From assembly GCA_021613535.1 (NCBI GenBank), contig CP075494.1:10044001-10108000 (forward strand): DNA of 64,000 bases, written 5' to 3'. This stretch comes from Adineta vaga (Eukaryota; Animalia; Rotifera). A model generated the notes under the pieces. That model was not told the origin of the DNA and searched no databases. It was given only the letters and a program-made list of their open reading frames with translations. A program made the translations under genes and the position numbers. Positions 51,031 through 64,000 of the stretch are shown here, piece after piece. The first letter of the stretch is position 1, and each line of letters begins with the position of its first letter.

Positions 51031-54000
51031 TTAATGTTTCTGATGATTTAATTGATGTCTCATGTGTTCAATATCAAAATGTGTATGTAAATTATCGTCC
51101 AATTTCTTCATCGATTGCATTAAAGTTTGTCGCATTTCATCCAAAATATTGACTTCATTGAATAATTCGAATCGTAAGGATGAAATATCATTTTTAAATT
51201 GTTTAAATTCAATGCCATCATTAGTTTCATCTATACCAATATGTTTATTCTTATAATAGAGTAAGAATCGTTTAACAATTCGTTCAATAACAATTTTATA
51301 AGTTAATTTTTCATGAATAACATAACTACGTTGTCGATTAAAGATTCCTTCATGTTTAAATCTCTCATGTTGAGTACTTTTATTGTTAATCATATCATTA
51401 CGACGTCGTATATTTAGATCACCTAAATCATCATCTTTATTACCATTCGCTCGTTCATTATCTTTCTTTGAAGTTTTATCAGGAAATAACAATCGTTTGA
51501 TTCGTTTCATTTGATAGATAAACGTTTTTGGTGTTGGACAGATGTTCAATGGTACAGGTAAAGTATTTCCTGAAAAACAAGCAATTCATCATTCTTGAAG
51601 AATACAAATAGATTCAAAATATTTTTACCATCACGTATGTATTCCATATATAGTCTTGAACGTGCAAATTTCCATTCAACATCAGCTCGATCATCAATAG
51701 TATCAATTGTTTCTTCCATCATTGCAATAAGAGTATTAATTAAAACTGTTACACAAATAAATGTAAAAAGACCATAGATAATAAAACCAAGATTCGATGT
51801 AAATTGATCAAAACCTGGTGCATGTGTATCTTGACCTGGTTTAATACATGTTAATGAAACTAATTCATATCCTCGATCCTAATAAACATACGTATGTCGA
51901 TTTAGAGATATATCTTTTCATTCTTACCGGTTTTCCATCTTCAGCAATGACTCCAAACAAAGTAAAAAACGTCGTCAATATAGTCGAACCAAATCGTTCA
52001 CCAAAATAATGAATCGCCGGTCGAGAACCGACACTTTTTATTTTATCATAATCACTACTTTTTTTACAAGTATTATTATCATCAGAATCATCCGGTTCAC
52101 CATATCCAGAGTATCTTATTGTTTCATTTGTATAGCCCATCATTTTATCGAATGAAAGTGGACATCGACCCGTATTGGAGATATTAGTGTAATCGTCTTG
52201 AAACAAATAAATCGTCGATCGATCCAATTTGTCTAATGTTGAAGTGGAATTATGTTGTCCTTGAAAGAGAATAGCAAATGGAGAAAATATGAAATATAAT
52301 GAACATGCAAAAGCAACGAAAAATATAAGAATAATAACAATCCATTTCGATATATCAATTATCATACGTTCCAACATTATCTAAAAAGAAATTAGTCATC
52401 TTCAATTGATCGATTGATTTTGTTAACTTACTTGTAAAGGTCCAACAAATCCAATTATTGGTAAAAGAAAACAAATTCGACAAATACTTGCAACATTTCC
52501 CATAGCAAAAAAAGCTTCAGCTAAATTCTGTGAATCACTACTTTTCCAATAGTATCGATCAGCATTTAACCAATAAAGTATATGATGTGTTTTATCAAGA
52601 AAATTTTCTTTTTCTTCATCTTTCATTGTATTGTATTGTTCAATATCTTTCCAATATTCATCTGATTGAAATGTTTTCATTGATGTACGCGTATAAATCA
52701 TTGATGAATAAAGAAATATGAAATATAGAATATAAAGAATATTCATGAAACAATCGACATAATTACCTAAAGAAAAACAGGCATGTAAATATATGCTTCG
52801 AAATTATCTATTTTAAAGACTTACTATGTGCTGTTAAATAGACTCGCATACCCGAACTAAAGACTTGTTTAAATTCTTGCCAAACAAATCCAATAACCCA
52901 AATAAAAATAGCTATTTGAAATGGATTTGGTTCCATAAAACGTAAACTTATATCACAATTAACAACTACATCTATATTACTATGATTTTTATAGCCCGAA
53001 ATTCTCTCAATCAAATCATGTCTTATTGTCGCATTTCGATAAATATATTTTATATAATTTTCATACGTTACAGTATTATAACCAGAAAGAACTTGCGTTT
53101 TTTGTAAATGTGATATAGAAAAATAACTTGAAGCAATAATAAGACTGATAAAAGCAAGATAGGAAACGATATATGCTTTTAATTTTAAATTTGGTTGATG
53201 ACACTAAGAAATAGAAGAAAAACAATTATGTTCTATGTATTTTATATTTATACTTACTAAAGATCCAACTTTTGATTTTGGAAAAAAGTAATAGGCTAAT
53301 AATAAAAATGGTAAACAGATAATAAAAGCGCAATAGAAAAGTAGTCGTTTGGTAAGATGAGCATTTTTAATTGCTGATAGATCTTCATACCATTTTTCCA
53401 TTAATTTTTGTTGACAATTCGAATGAGATACAAAGGGTTTTTCTTGATATTGAATAGCTAAATCAAATCGTGCTAAATTTTCATATTTTTCTTCATTTGG
53501 TCGGCCAGTTTTATTCAAAACAATCTCAAGTTCTTCATGTCCTCGAACATTATCAAGTAATCGGGTGACAAAGATCGATAATTGATTAACTAATTTTTGA
53601 TAATCTTCACGAAAATAATGTTCAACTTTAGCTAGAGTTCGTAGTTCATGACTTAATTCAAATGCTTGAAGAATTGGATCGGGATAAGTAAGAGCAATGT
53701 AAACTTCTGAACAAAGTCCTTTATATGCTGACAAACGAACTTGAGCTTGACGAAATGAATCATATGCTGAACTATCAGCACAATCAACACATGGACACAT
53801 ACTAGCATGTGGTTTCTTTATACGTTCTCCTTTAGATAATAATTGATGAACAATTTGCAAACGATTATGTTGAGCAGCGAGAATAAGAGGAGCTAAATAG
53901 AAAAATTCGAAATGTAATTTGATTGTAGAAAATTTCTTACTAATATCAGAACTAAATTGTGAATCATCATATGCTTGCGGATGTGTTGGATCAAGAAAAC

Positions 54001-54370
54001 CACCACAGAATGTTCGATATGTTGGATGATTCATGATAAAATCAGCGATATTTGTATGACCCAAATAGATAGCCAAGAGAAGTGCATCACGAAATTTTTC
54101 ATAAGGAATTTTATCCAATAAAACTTTAACCACTTCGAAATGTTCATTTTCAATTGCTATTTGTAATGCACTTTTACCCATTTTATTGGAAACATCAGCT
54201 TGAACTTCGCCTTCAAGTAAAAGTCGATGGACTAACATATAATCACCATGTGCACAAGCAAAAAGGAATAAATCAGTTGCATCTTCGAACGTTTTATTAT
54301 AATAAGTACGACTTGTCGAAGACGAAATTGATCCTGTACGTGTGGAATTTAATGGATGACGATGAGCCAT
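51031..54370 (-). CDS. TRPC-family cation channel
   Basis: Ankyrin repeats, PLILAA, PHASMCPCVDC (TRP_2), DPILQAFELS, FVSHSNCQQ, GPLQIMLERM, TRP box EWKFARSRL. Confidence 0.92.
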
Positions 54371-55375
54371 TTCATTCAATCTAGAAAAGAATCTTATTTT
54401 TAATAAAAACGAGAATGTATTTTATCGTTACAAAACATCTGTTAAAGATTTAGTATTTTTTATCATGGATTATTTCATTAAATAAATACCTCTACCACCT
54501 GTTAGATTTTATTTGATAGAAAACAGATCAATACAAGAAGAAGAGAAAAAAAGCGAGAAACATTTCTATTAGATCTGCTTTCTCTCTCTCTCTTTCTTTC
54601 TTTCTCGTTTTACAATAACTTAGTACCTACCAGCATTGTTTGAACTCGTGCTTTCCTGCTTAAAAAAAAAAGAAGAAATAGAGGAAAACGACAAGAATTA
54701 CGTAGATATCATTGAGATCAAATAAATACTTTGACTGTTAGACACTATCTCTAACGGTGAAAAGAGGAAAAAAACGACGTCATACAAAGCTATTAATCTT
54801 TTTCTATGAACAATATTTATTCTTAATAATTTTTGGAGACATCGTACTTGACAGTTGTTCATTTGGTATAGTGAACTATGTAATAAAAATCAGTAAAACT
54901 TCTATCAATCAATCTACATGTCCGAATATAGTCATTGCATTCCCAAGATAAAATCAATCTTTCACTTAACAAGTAATTAATATTGAGATTTGCAATATGA
55001 TTATTCTTAATTGTATATTCAAGACTAATAGGATATGAGCGACATCTATCAACAAATTAAGAAAATTGAGTTGTCGTTTTCAGATTATCTTACATATTAG
55101 AAGAATCATTGTTGTTATAACGTATAGATATCTATTGAAAAATGATTATAAAGCTGAAAAGAACAATTTTAAGAAGGTATCATGAATATATAAAACTTAG
55201 CGAATGTGCTGCTAAATAGTGTTTGGATGATTTTTGATATGGTTACACAAATTAACGAATTATATGCATAGCATGACGATCCGTCGTCTCTTCTTCTTCG
55301 GTCACTAGTTTAATTGTTTTATTCTTTGAAATAGATCATTATCATTATTATTCTTAGAAAACTAATAGACAAAAA

Positions 55376-57457
55376 ATGCACTCACAATTCGAGGAAAATT
55401 CAAACTCTCGAACACTGTAAGAACTAGAATTCATTCATTTTTTTTCTCTTCTTATGCTTATTGCTTTGAATAGATATGTGGGAAATCTAGATCCATCTGT
55501 CTCAGAAGAACTCCTAATGGCTCTATTTACACAAATGGGACCTTGTAAAAATTGTAAAATTATTCATGAAGTATATAATTCTTTACAAAGAATATTCTAT
55601 TCTCTTACTCAACCTTTTCTTTTAGCCAACCAGCGATCCATATGCATTTATTGAATTTACTGAACATCAAGCCGCAGCAAATGCACTATTGGCAATGAAC
55701 AAACGTTTAGTAATGGGTAAAGAAATAAAAGTGAATTGGGCAACAACATCAACACCTGGAACAAATAAAATGGATACGAGTAGTATGTCTCATTGTTGAT
55801 TCAATCAAATATTTCATTCATTTTATTCTCTAGAACATTTTCATATATTTGTTGGTGATCTTGCACCAGAAGTTGATCAGAATACAATACGTGAAGCATT
55901 TGCACCTTTTGGAGAGATTTCGTAAGACATTTTGAAGAATTTTTCATTGGAATTTATATTTATATGTATATATAATTTTATAGAGAAATTAAAATTGCTA
56001 AATTTACTGATACACAAAAACCGAAAGGTACCTCTTCTTTTTCATTTTATGATGAATGCTATACGTTTTATTTTCATTAGGATATTGTTTTGTTTCTTTT
56101 ACTAATCAAAATGTAAGTACGACAAAACTCAACATGTCAAGAAAAGACAAGATGATGTTTGTTTTTAGGATGCTGAGACTGCAATTACTAGTATGAATGG
56201 TCAATGGCTTGGTACAAGAAAGATACGTACAAATTGGGCGACAAGAAAAGCATCGACAAATGAACCCACTCAAGGAACACGAACACGAGGTATGAAAATA
56301 TCTTTCTATATGATTCATTTCTTTATGTGTAACAAATGAATATTTTTTCTCTTCTATTTAGATTCAAACAATTCTCAATATGGTCAAGAAGCATTAACAG
56401 CTAAACTTGATTTTAATGAAGTATGGAATCGAACAAGTGAAACGAATAGTACTGTTTATTTTGGTAATTGTGGCGATGTTAACGAAGATTTGATTCGTTC
56501 ATATTTTGAACCATATGGTCAAATATTAGAAGTACGTGTATTTAAAGAAAAAGGATATGCTTTTATTCGGTAAGTTTTTATTTTACATATAAATGTCTGC
56601 AACTATGAATAAAATAGATATGCAAACAAAGACAGTGCTTGTCATGCTATTTGTCATATACATGGTTCTGATATTTATGGTTTTACAGTTAAATGTGGAT
56701 GGGGACGTGATGAACCAATGAGTAGTGGAAATAATGCACCGAATTATGGAGGTGGAATGAATAATCTAAACTATAATAATAATCAATACGATTCCGTACG
56801 TAAAACTAAAGAAAAATTGAATTGATTAATGTATCAATGTGTTTTAGTATCCTCAAAATTCATACGGTCCACCAGTAAATAATAATTATATGGGTTTGTA
56901 AACTATATTTTATCGACGAAGTTTTTCTAAATAAATCTGAAATTTTAGGTGGCGGAGGAAATAATATGGGATATGGAAAATTTGGTGGAAACTATCCTCA
57001 GCAACATCCTCAACAACAGCCACCATACTTTAATCCTCCATCTCAATGGAATAATAATGGACCACAACCATGGGATTCATATTCTCAGTATGTTGATAAA
57101 AGATATATATATATATTGATACAGCCTCATGATTGAACTGTTTTCTCATTCTGAACACGATATCATACATTCGTTATGAAAATTCGTTTTCAAAATTCTA
57201 ATCATTACTACGTTACTAAATGAACATTTTTATTGAATTCGAATTTGAATTTGAATTTAGGTCTGCAGGTGGTGGGTGGAATAATAATAATAATAACGAT
57301 AATTATGGACCCAATTCTAATCAATATTTTGGACAACAACAACAATCCCATATGTATTCTTCCAATTCCGGTATGTCTATTGATTGTTTATCAAAAAACG
57401 AAAGAAAAATCAACTTTTTTTGTTTTGAAAATAGGTTGGGGCCGATCACAACGTTAA
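55376..57457 (+). CDS. TIA1: TIA-1/TIAR RNA-binding protein (3 RRMs plus Q/N/G-rich tail)
   Basis: [71 protein letters not shown]; many short exons. Confidence 0.93.
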
Positions 57458-58601
57458 ATCTGTTCATTGAACTCTATTTTTCTCAATTGAGATTGACCTA
57501 TTTTTGTTTTTATAAGAGAATTCATTACATTCAGCAAGTTTTCATTTCTCTTTGTAATTTGTTCTTCGCAGATGATATTGTTGTTTTTATTCTCTTTTGT
57601 CTCTCATTCGTTTCTACGGTCTGACATCGAATCTAAACTGTTTGTTTGTTTTCAAAGACCGTTTTACGTGCTTTCTATTCGTTTGTTTCTCTTTCTATAT
57701 ACAACAAACTCTTTCCTCTTCTTTTTCGCGATCTTTTTGAATTCTTTAAGAATCTGCACGATGATCATGATATCAAAAGAAAACTAATGACATAGTAGAA
57801 ATGTACTATTTTGTATTTGATTTTGAATGATTGGTTGGTTGATGATTGGGTCGAATGTCAAAAGGAGCACGTTCAAGTTCGATTGGGAACAATTAGGTCA
57901 AAAGAGAGAGAGAGAAAGAAAATTTGAATTGCGTCGTTAAAATAGATAATAGAGAATAGAATGGGTGTGCCCTCCGCTGTTCTCAAAATGAAAAGAGAAA
58001 GAATAAGATGGAAGAGGAGGCGCGAACAAAAGGGGGGTGTGTATGTGCACAAATGTCTAAAATCTGGCGAACGAAAAGGAATGAAACCATTTCTTCACGT
58101 CTGAAAGTTATGTTTAACATAAGACACTAAAACGATTATCTTGTTATACAATATCTATTCACGTTTGTAGCTTAGAAGTAAATTACGTACATCAAATCAA
58201 AATAATGTAAACTGTTTTGAATGGGAAGAATATTTTCAATAGTGTCATTTGTATATTCTACTATCATTGTATGAATAATCGATTTACATTTAATGATTTT
58301 CTTATCTTGAGACCTATCGACCTTCAATTGATAAAATTATTTCAATGAGATTTTCAGAAAACGAATCAAAAGTATAGTACGCTCGTTTATCTAATCTTTT
58401 CAAATGAAAAAAAAAAGAATCAAATTATATCTACAAAGCGTTGCTATATTTAGAAAGATTCATTTTCCAGTGTCTCTTTGTTTTTAATGAGATCAATAAA
58501 AGATTATAAATTCAAATAAAATAGTACGAGAATGAAAGTAAACTTATTGTCTATTGAAAGCAATCGATTGAATCAACTATAGATATTGAAACGGTTCATT
58601 G

Positions 58602-58619
58602 AGCAACGTCGACGTTGCT
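58602..58619. repeat. 18-bp perfect palindrome
   Basis: agcaacgtcgacgttgct. Confidence 0.8.
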
Positions 58620-59253
58620 TTTTTCGTTCTTTTGCTAACCCAATCATTCATTCAACCGTAAGAGCAAATAAATCGAAATGAAAGTTTGGCGTTTGTCCAA
58701 ACATTTCATCAGTATTACACTACGTAGAACATTTTCGATCGACCGAAAAATGTTTTACGCTTCAAATATATCATGGCGAATGTCCAAAAAAAGATGAAAT
58801 AAGCTTTCAACAAAAGCATTATCAGTGTTATTCGGTCTATCATCAAAAATTGATTGTATACTGCATGCCCTTTGTTTATCATAGTCTAATTCACGGTGTT
58901 CTTTTCTTCTGTAAATTTCCGTCAGCAATGATCAGATCGAATCTTTTTTTCTCCTTGTATGTATACATTTGATTTTTTTTCGTTTTGGCTTCGATCCAGT
59001 ATTGCGAATATGCTGATGAAATAAGAAAGAGAGAGAGAATAAGAGAATAAATTCACCAATGAAAACAAATATCACTCGACACACCTCCGATTTCTTTTTC
59101 TCTATTCTCTCATCATTTCATCATTCTATTTCTGTTAACAATGATATTATAAATACAGACGATGCCGACCAATTTTTCATCATATTTTAAACAAAAACTA
59201 AAACCCCGAGCATTACACTTCTTGATCAACGATTTTACTTCTCCTTCTTCTCA

Positions 59254-59710
59254 ATGGAATTTTTTCGTAAGTGATTTTCACTTTTGAATTTTTCTTTAAT
59301 ATTCTCTCTTATGTTTTCTTTTGTGTAGAAGTATTTAATAATCTTCAAAGTAAATTGCTGAATTTAACCTTGGTTCAAATACCGAAACGTAAACAATTTA
59401 CATTGAAAGATGTTTCAGCACATTGTACTGAAACTGATTGTTGGATGGTTATTCGAGATCGTGTTTATGATCTAACTGATTTTATGCAAGAGGTATGTTC
59501 ATAATCTTAATCGTAACAAGAATACATTTCATTTTCTTTTAGCATCCAGCTGGTTCTGATATCATGCTTGAGTATGCTGGAACAGATGCAACAATGGCAT
59601 TTGCTGATAAACCTCATAGTTTGGATGCATGGCTAATACTAGAAAAGTATTTAGTAGGCGAATTGGTACCTGAAGAACGGATGTTTGATGATAGCGACTA
59701 TTCATCTTAG
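59254..59710 (+). CDS. Soluble cytochrome b5-domain protein, 3 exons
   Basis: FTLKDVSAH...DCWMVIRDRVYDLTDFMQEHPAG...AGTDATMAF...HSLDA...YLVGEL; no C-terminal TM segment. Confidence 0.88.
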
Positions 59711-60659
59711 AACTTATTAAAATTCGTTAGTATTTTAATTAAATTGTACGGTGAATTTTTGTCTCACATCCGTGTATATAATGTAAAGATGATTATATGT
59801 TCTTTTCTTTTTTTCCTTTTCCTTTTTCTTTTCTTTTTTTTTTTGTATTGTCGTGAGAACGATTATCGATATACAATATAAACTATGTTTAAGCATAAAA
59901 GAAATTTTGTATGTCTCATGAAATGTTTGAGTAGATTCATACAGACTATCATCTACAATTATTTTTGTCAGTCCAAGTAAATATTTGAACTTTGAGACAA
60001 TTAGTTAAGTATTCAACTTTTCTCTGGTTATATTTTGCGAGTGAAAAAGCATTCTTCTCAATCTGAATGTTCATTATTGTGTCTATTCGAACGGAAAATA
60101 GAAAAATATTATTGATTGATTGAAGGTGATAAAAATAAGAGAAGAAAATTGTTATCTATAAAATATTTGTTTAACTTTCTTTATTTTATCTGCTGTTGAT
60201 TTTACAATAATCGGTCTATGGGTTTTGATTTTGTTCTTAACGTTCGAAGAAAATGTCCGTATATAGTATTACTTTTACGAAAAGACAGTTTTATGTTTGC
60301 TTTATTTCTATTTTGGGTTATAAGTATCATGTACTGATACTTTTCATATACCTTATCATTGATAAAATCGATATTTACTGAGAAAATATACCAGAATGAT
60401 AGTGTATGAAGTAGGTTATGATAAACTAGGGCATTTTAAACTAATTCATATCACAATCCACTTTATTTCAGTTCAAAACGAATGGAAATTAGTGAGTGAT
60501 GTAAGCCATCAAATACGATAGATTGTTTTTTTTGTAATCATACATTAAAATCTATTGTCTAGAATATTTATGAGAAACTAGGAACATTCTTGTCATTGTA
60601 AAAACTAAAATTGATGATCTTCAATGTAGATTTTATTCGAAAAAATAACCCCAAATTTC

Positions 60660-62894
60660 CTAAATCAGTTCATTCTCAAAAATATAATTCATCATTGTTA
60701 CTTGAGAACCAAGTAAATTTGCTTCTGCATCGAAACACATTTTTTGTCGGTTTAGATTTTGAATACCTTGACACATTTTCTTATGATAATAATGTCGTAA
60801 ACCAGGTTCGACTGATCGAAATATAGAACATTCAGCTGATTGATTAACAAATCTTTGAAATAAATTTACATCTTCATTTCCCCATTCATGATTATTTATT
60901 TCCCATCCACCAATTCGATCCAAATCTCCTTTACGTACAGCAACATTACCAAAACCATAAATCGAAAATAAGCCTTCATCTTTTTCTACATGATTTCTAT
61001 GATGATAACTTTCGTTAAACATATTTGAAAATACGGAATAAATGATCGGAAAATAAATAGAACAGGATGAAACTGATGAAAGATGAATCATTAATTGACG
61101 AGTATTAATCAATGCTTGTCTAGTGAATAATAAATCTACATCAAGAAAGAAAAGCAATTGATCAGTTGTGAAATATTCGGATGCTAATTGCCGACCAAGT
61201 CCACGATTATACTGGTGTTGTGTACTATTAATAATCGATAGATGAATCGTGGATGGATATCTGACAGATAATTGCTCGATAGAATTTATAATCGAAGAAT
61301 TAGTTTGAGAAAAATAAAGTATGGTTAGTGTAAAGAAATTTTGTTGATTCAAATGATGAAGAATTTCAAATTGGAAATTTTGAACAAATCGAAGTAAAGC
61401 ATCATCTTTGTTATTTGAAACAACAATAAGATTTAGTTGAGATTCATTATTGAGATTTGTTATTTCTCGAAAATCAATTCGATTTTTGTTTAAAAATTGT
61501 TGACGAATATAAATTCGTTTTCGAACAGTTAATAATTGAACAGGTGAAATATGTACGGAGCGTACATTTAATAGAATTTCTATAATTAATTCTAATCCAT
61601 GTTTGGGTCTTACACGATGATAACCAAATATAGCTTTGCCATTGATCACTGTCCAATTACTTGATCGATGATACCAATTTTTTTGTAAACGTTCTAAATA
61701 GGATTGTATGATTGTTTCAATGTAAATTTTCCATCGTGCATCAATTAATTGAATGTGTATATCGCGAACGAGATCAAGTTCTCGATTATTTAACAATGTC
61801 ACATAGTTTCTATTGTTTGATAATTTCCAATCGGAGAGATTCGTTTGTTGTTGTTTTTGGTTTTGTCGAAGAGAAAATTTGTACAATTGTCGAAAAATCA
61901 TTCGAGTTTTAATTGGATGAAGAATAAATGCATGAGATATAATTGCAGGAGTAAAATCTTTACCAAATGAATATTGAGGACCATAGTGATGATAAAATAA
62001 AACTTTAGAATCATATGCATTTGTACAATCGATTTCAACATGTGTTAGGATACATCGACCTAATTCTACATCTTCATGATTAGTTAAAAGTTCATTTGTA
62101 TAACAATGATCAAGCCAAGGTCCTAATTGAAGTAAAGTTTGTTGAGAAAGAATAATTCCACTACCACCCATACAAAAATACTATATGAAAAGAAGATCGA
62201 ATGATGATAATCTATCAAATTAAGTTCAACTTACTTTTCCCAATGGAAAATGAACAGCAGGACCATTTCGTCGGCCTGTTCCACCCTGTCCAATATAGAG
62301 AGCTTGCCGATGATCAATAGATTTTAACCATGGAAGTAACTGTTGAATATTAACATATGCATTGTCATCTAAACGTAATATCCAAGATGTTCGTTGCTGA
62401 TAGAATGTATGCAGAAATTTCATGGCATAGAAACTTTTCTTCTGAGGAGGATAACTATTTTCCACATGTTTTAATTTAACAATAAAAAGACAAGATTGAA
62501 TATTTGAACTTAATGTTGAAAAAAGTTTGTCAAGATAATCTTCATTTCCAGACGAATTTTCTTCGACAAAAATAATGATTTCAATTTCAGCTGTTGTTGT
62601 CAATGCCCAGGTTTCGAGTATAGCTGGTAAATAATCATTTAATCGTTCATAAGATGAAAGAACAGCGATAGTTAAGAAAATTTTTGATTGATCATTGTAA
62701 CATGTTTGCATAGTTCGATATTGAAAATGAGAATAGAATGAACTAGTTTGGTGAATATGTGATTCGGATAGAATTGATAAACAATGCTGTCCAATAATTA
62801 ATTGCCAATATGATAAACCAAAGAAAAAGCCAATACAAAATGAATAGAATATCAATAAAATACACTGTCTACGATTGAATAATAGACGCCTCAT
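60660..62894 (-). CDS. CHSY1: Chondroitin sulfate synthase-like glycosyltransferase, 2 exons
   Basis: Type II TM; YPPQKKSF, RLDDNAYV, YIGQGG, FCMGGSG, HEDVELGRC; C-domain FFLDVD, YFPII, WGNEDVNLF. Confidence 0.88.
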
Positions 62895-63616
62895 TCATTA
62901 TTTCTTATAAATAGAAAAATAATAGTCTAAAAACAAAACATGTCAAGGTTCGAATTCTATACATATGCAACGAAAAACACTTCCTATGGTTTACGTTGAT
63001 TAATTCTTACACTTTATATACGACATCAAATAGATTAAAAAACTATTTTCTTTTCATATTCACACTTTCTATATGTTGAAGAAGGAAGTTTTCGGTTTAT
63101 CGTTACATATATTCGTTGAATTGCTAACAAAAAGAAAAATCGTCAAGTAAAACGAAACTAAAACATCTAATCATGTTATGATCAGTTAAATATCGAATTA
63201 CAAATATCAAACGACGATTTATATCATACCTTTGTGAAAAAGCAAGAAAAACGAACGAATTTCTTTTTCTTCTGCATAAAAGAACGAACAAGAAGAATGA
63301 TTATGATTCATTAAAGTGATTTTATCAACTGAATAATAACGTTCTTTTTCTTCTCATCAGATCAAGGTCTATTATATAAAAACAGATTGAATTCCATGTT
63401 TGTTTATATCGGATAAGAAGATCTTTTAGAATCACAGATTAACATGAGTGTCAAATCAACTAGTATTATTTGATTGGAAATAGATGGATTTTATGGAAGA
63501 AGTAAAAAAAATAAGCTAAAGAAGAAGAAAGAAACTACTCTGAAAAGAAAACGATGAAGAAAATAGTCTACAATGTCGTTGAAAGTTATTCTTGATGAAT
63601 AATGTCCATGCGATTA

Positions 63617-63956
63617 TTAATTATTATGTGTACGATGTAAGAGAAAATTAACTAATCCACGCATTGTTCGTGTTTCTTGTTCTAGATGTGGTGCCCATGC
63701 ACGACAAGTTACACTAACAAGACGGTTCAATGGTAATTTTTTGAATTGAACAAGTACAAATGGTTGAACATGACCTAGTGCATTTCTATGAAGGAAATCC
63801 AAACGAAGTTTTTTAGACGAAATTTTGTTTTCTTTTCTAAAACATTACCGATATGGAAAGAAATGATTTGGTATTGTACCATATGATTTCGAACCATTTG
63901 GATCACCCATTGAATAATACACAACATCCGAAAGAATATCTTTATCAGCAGGATGC
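63617..63956 (-). CDS. Na+/K+-ATPase beta subunit, 3' end only (gene continues beyond the window)
   Basis: HPADKD...YFPY-like FFPYR, QPFVLVQF, VTCRAWA, RGLVNF. Confidence 0.82.
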
Positions 63957-64000
63957 TAAGTTTTTTAAATAAATAGTTCCTACTTTTGTTTAATCAAATC

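Noticed and set aside
1575-54370. Apparent Ca2+/phosphoinositide gene cluster (NCS, IMPase, annexin, TMBIM4, TRPC)
   Set aside because: Spread over 50 kb among unrelated housekeeping genes on both strands; expected by chance
1-64000. Prokaryotic systems (CRISPR, defence islands), tRNA/rRNA genes, autonomous transposons
   Set aside because: No repeat-spacer array, no recognisable RNA gene, and no transposase or reverse transcriptase ORF; the sequence is intron-rich animal DNA

Overview
AT-rich, gene-dense eukaryotic (animal) genomic DNA with many short (~45-65 nt) GT-AG introns. The intron size, an intronless rhodopsin-like GPCR and a kelch relic are most consistent with a bdelloid rotifer; this assignment is an inference. 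About 30 protein-coding loci were reconstructed by hand across introns: CD225/dispanin, CFAP97-domain protein, neuronal calcium sensor (missed by the ORF track), GPI-type Cu/Zn SOD, MAM-domain membrane protein, TIM21, PTTG1IP-like, IMPase, PEX12, FAM214/ATOS, 7TM GPCR, LMF1, a ~6.8-kb gene for a secreted protein with ~18 chitin-binding type-2 domains, HMBS, CPSF2, RPS12, a divergent annexin, TMED2, TMBIM4, a TRPC channel, TIA-1, cytochrome b5, chondroitin synthase, the 3' end of a Na/K-ATPase beta subunit, and several orphans. No rRNA, tRNA, CRISPR array or autonomous transposon was seen. The best leads are a candidate SL-trans-spliced operon (IMPA-PTTG1IP-TIM21), the giant chitin-binding protein with a Trp-Trp-loop domain variant, a pre-miRNA-like hairpin, and a recurring CTCF-like motif upstream of housekeeping genes. 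Exon boundaries were read by eye, and family calls come from remembered motifs rather than database searches.
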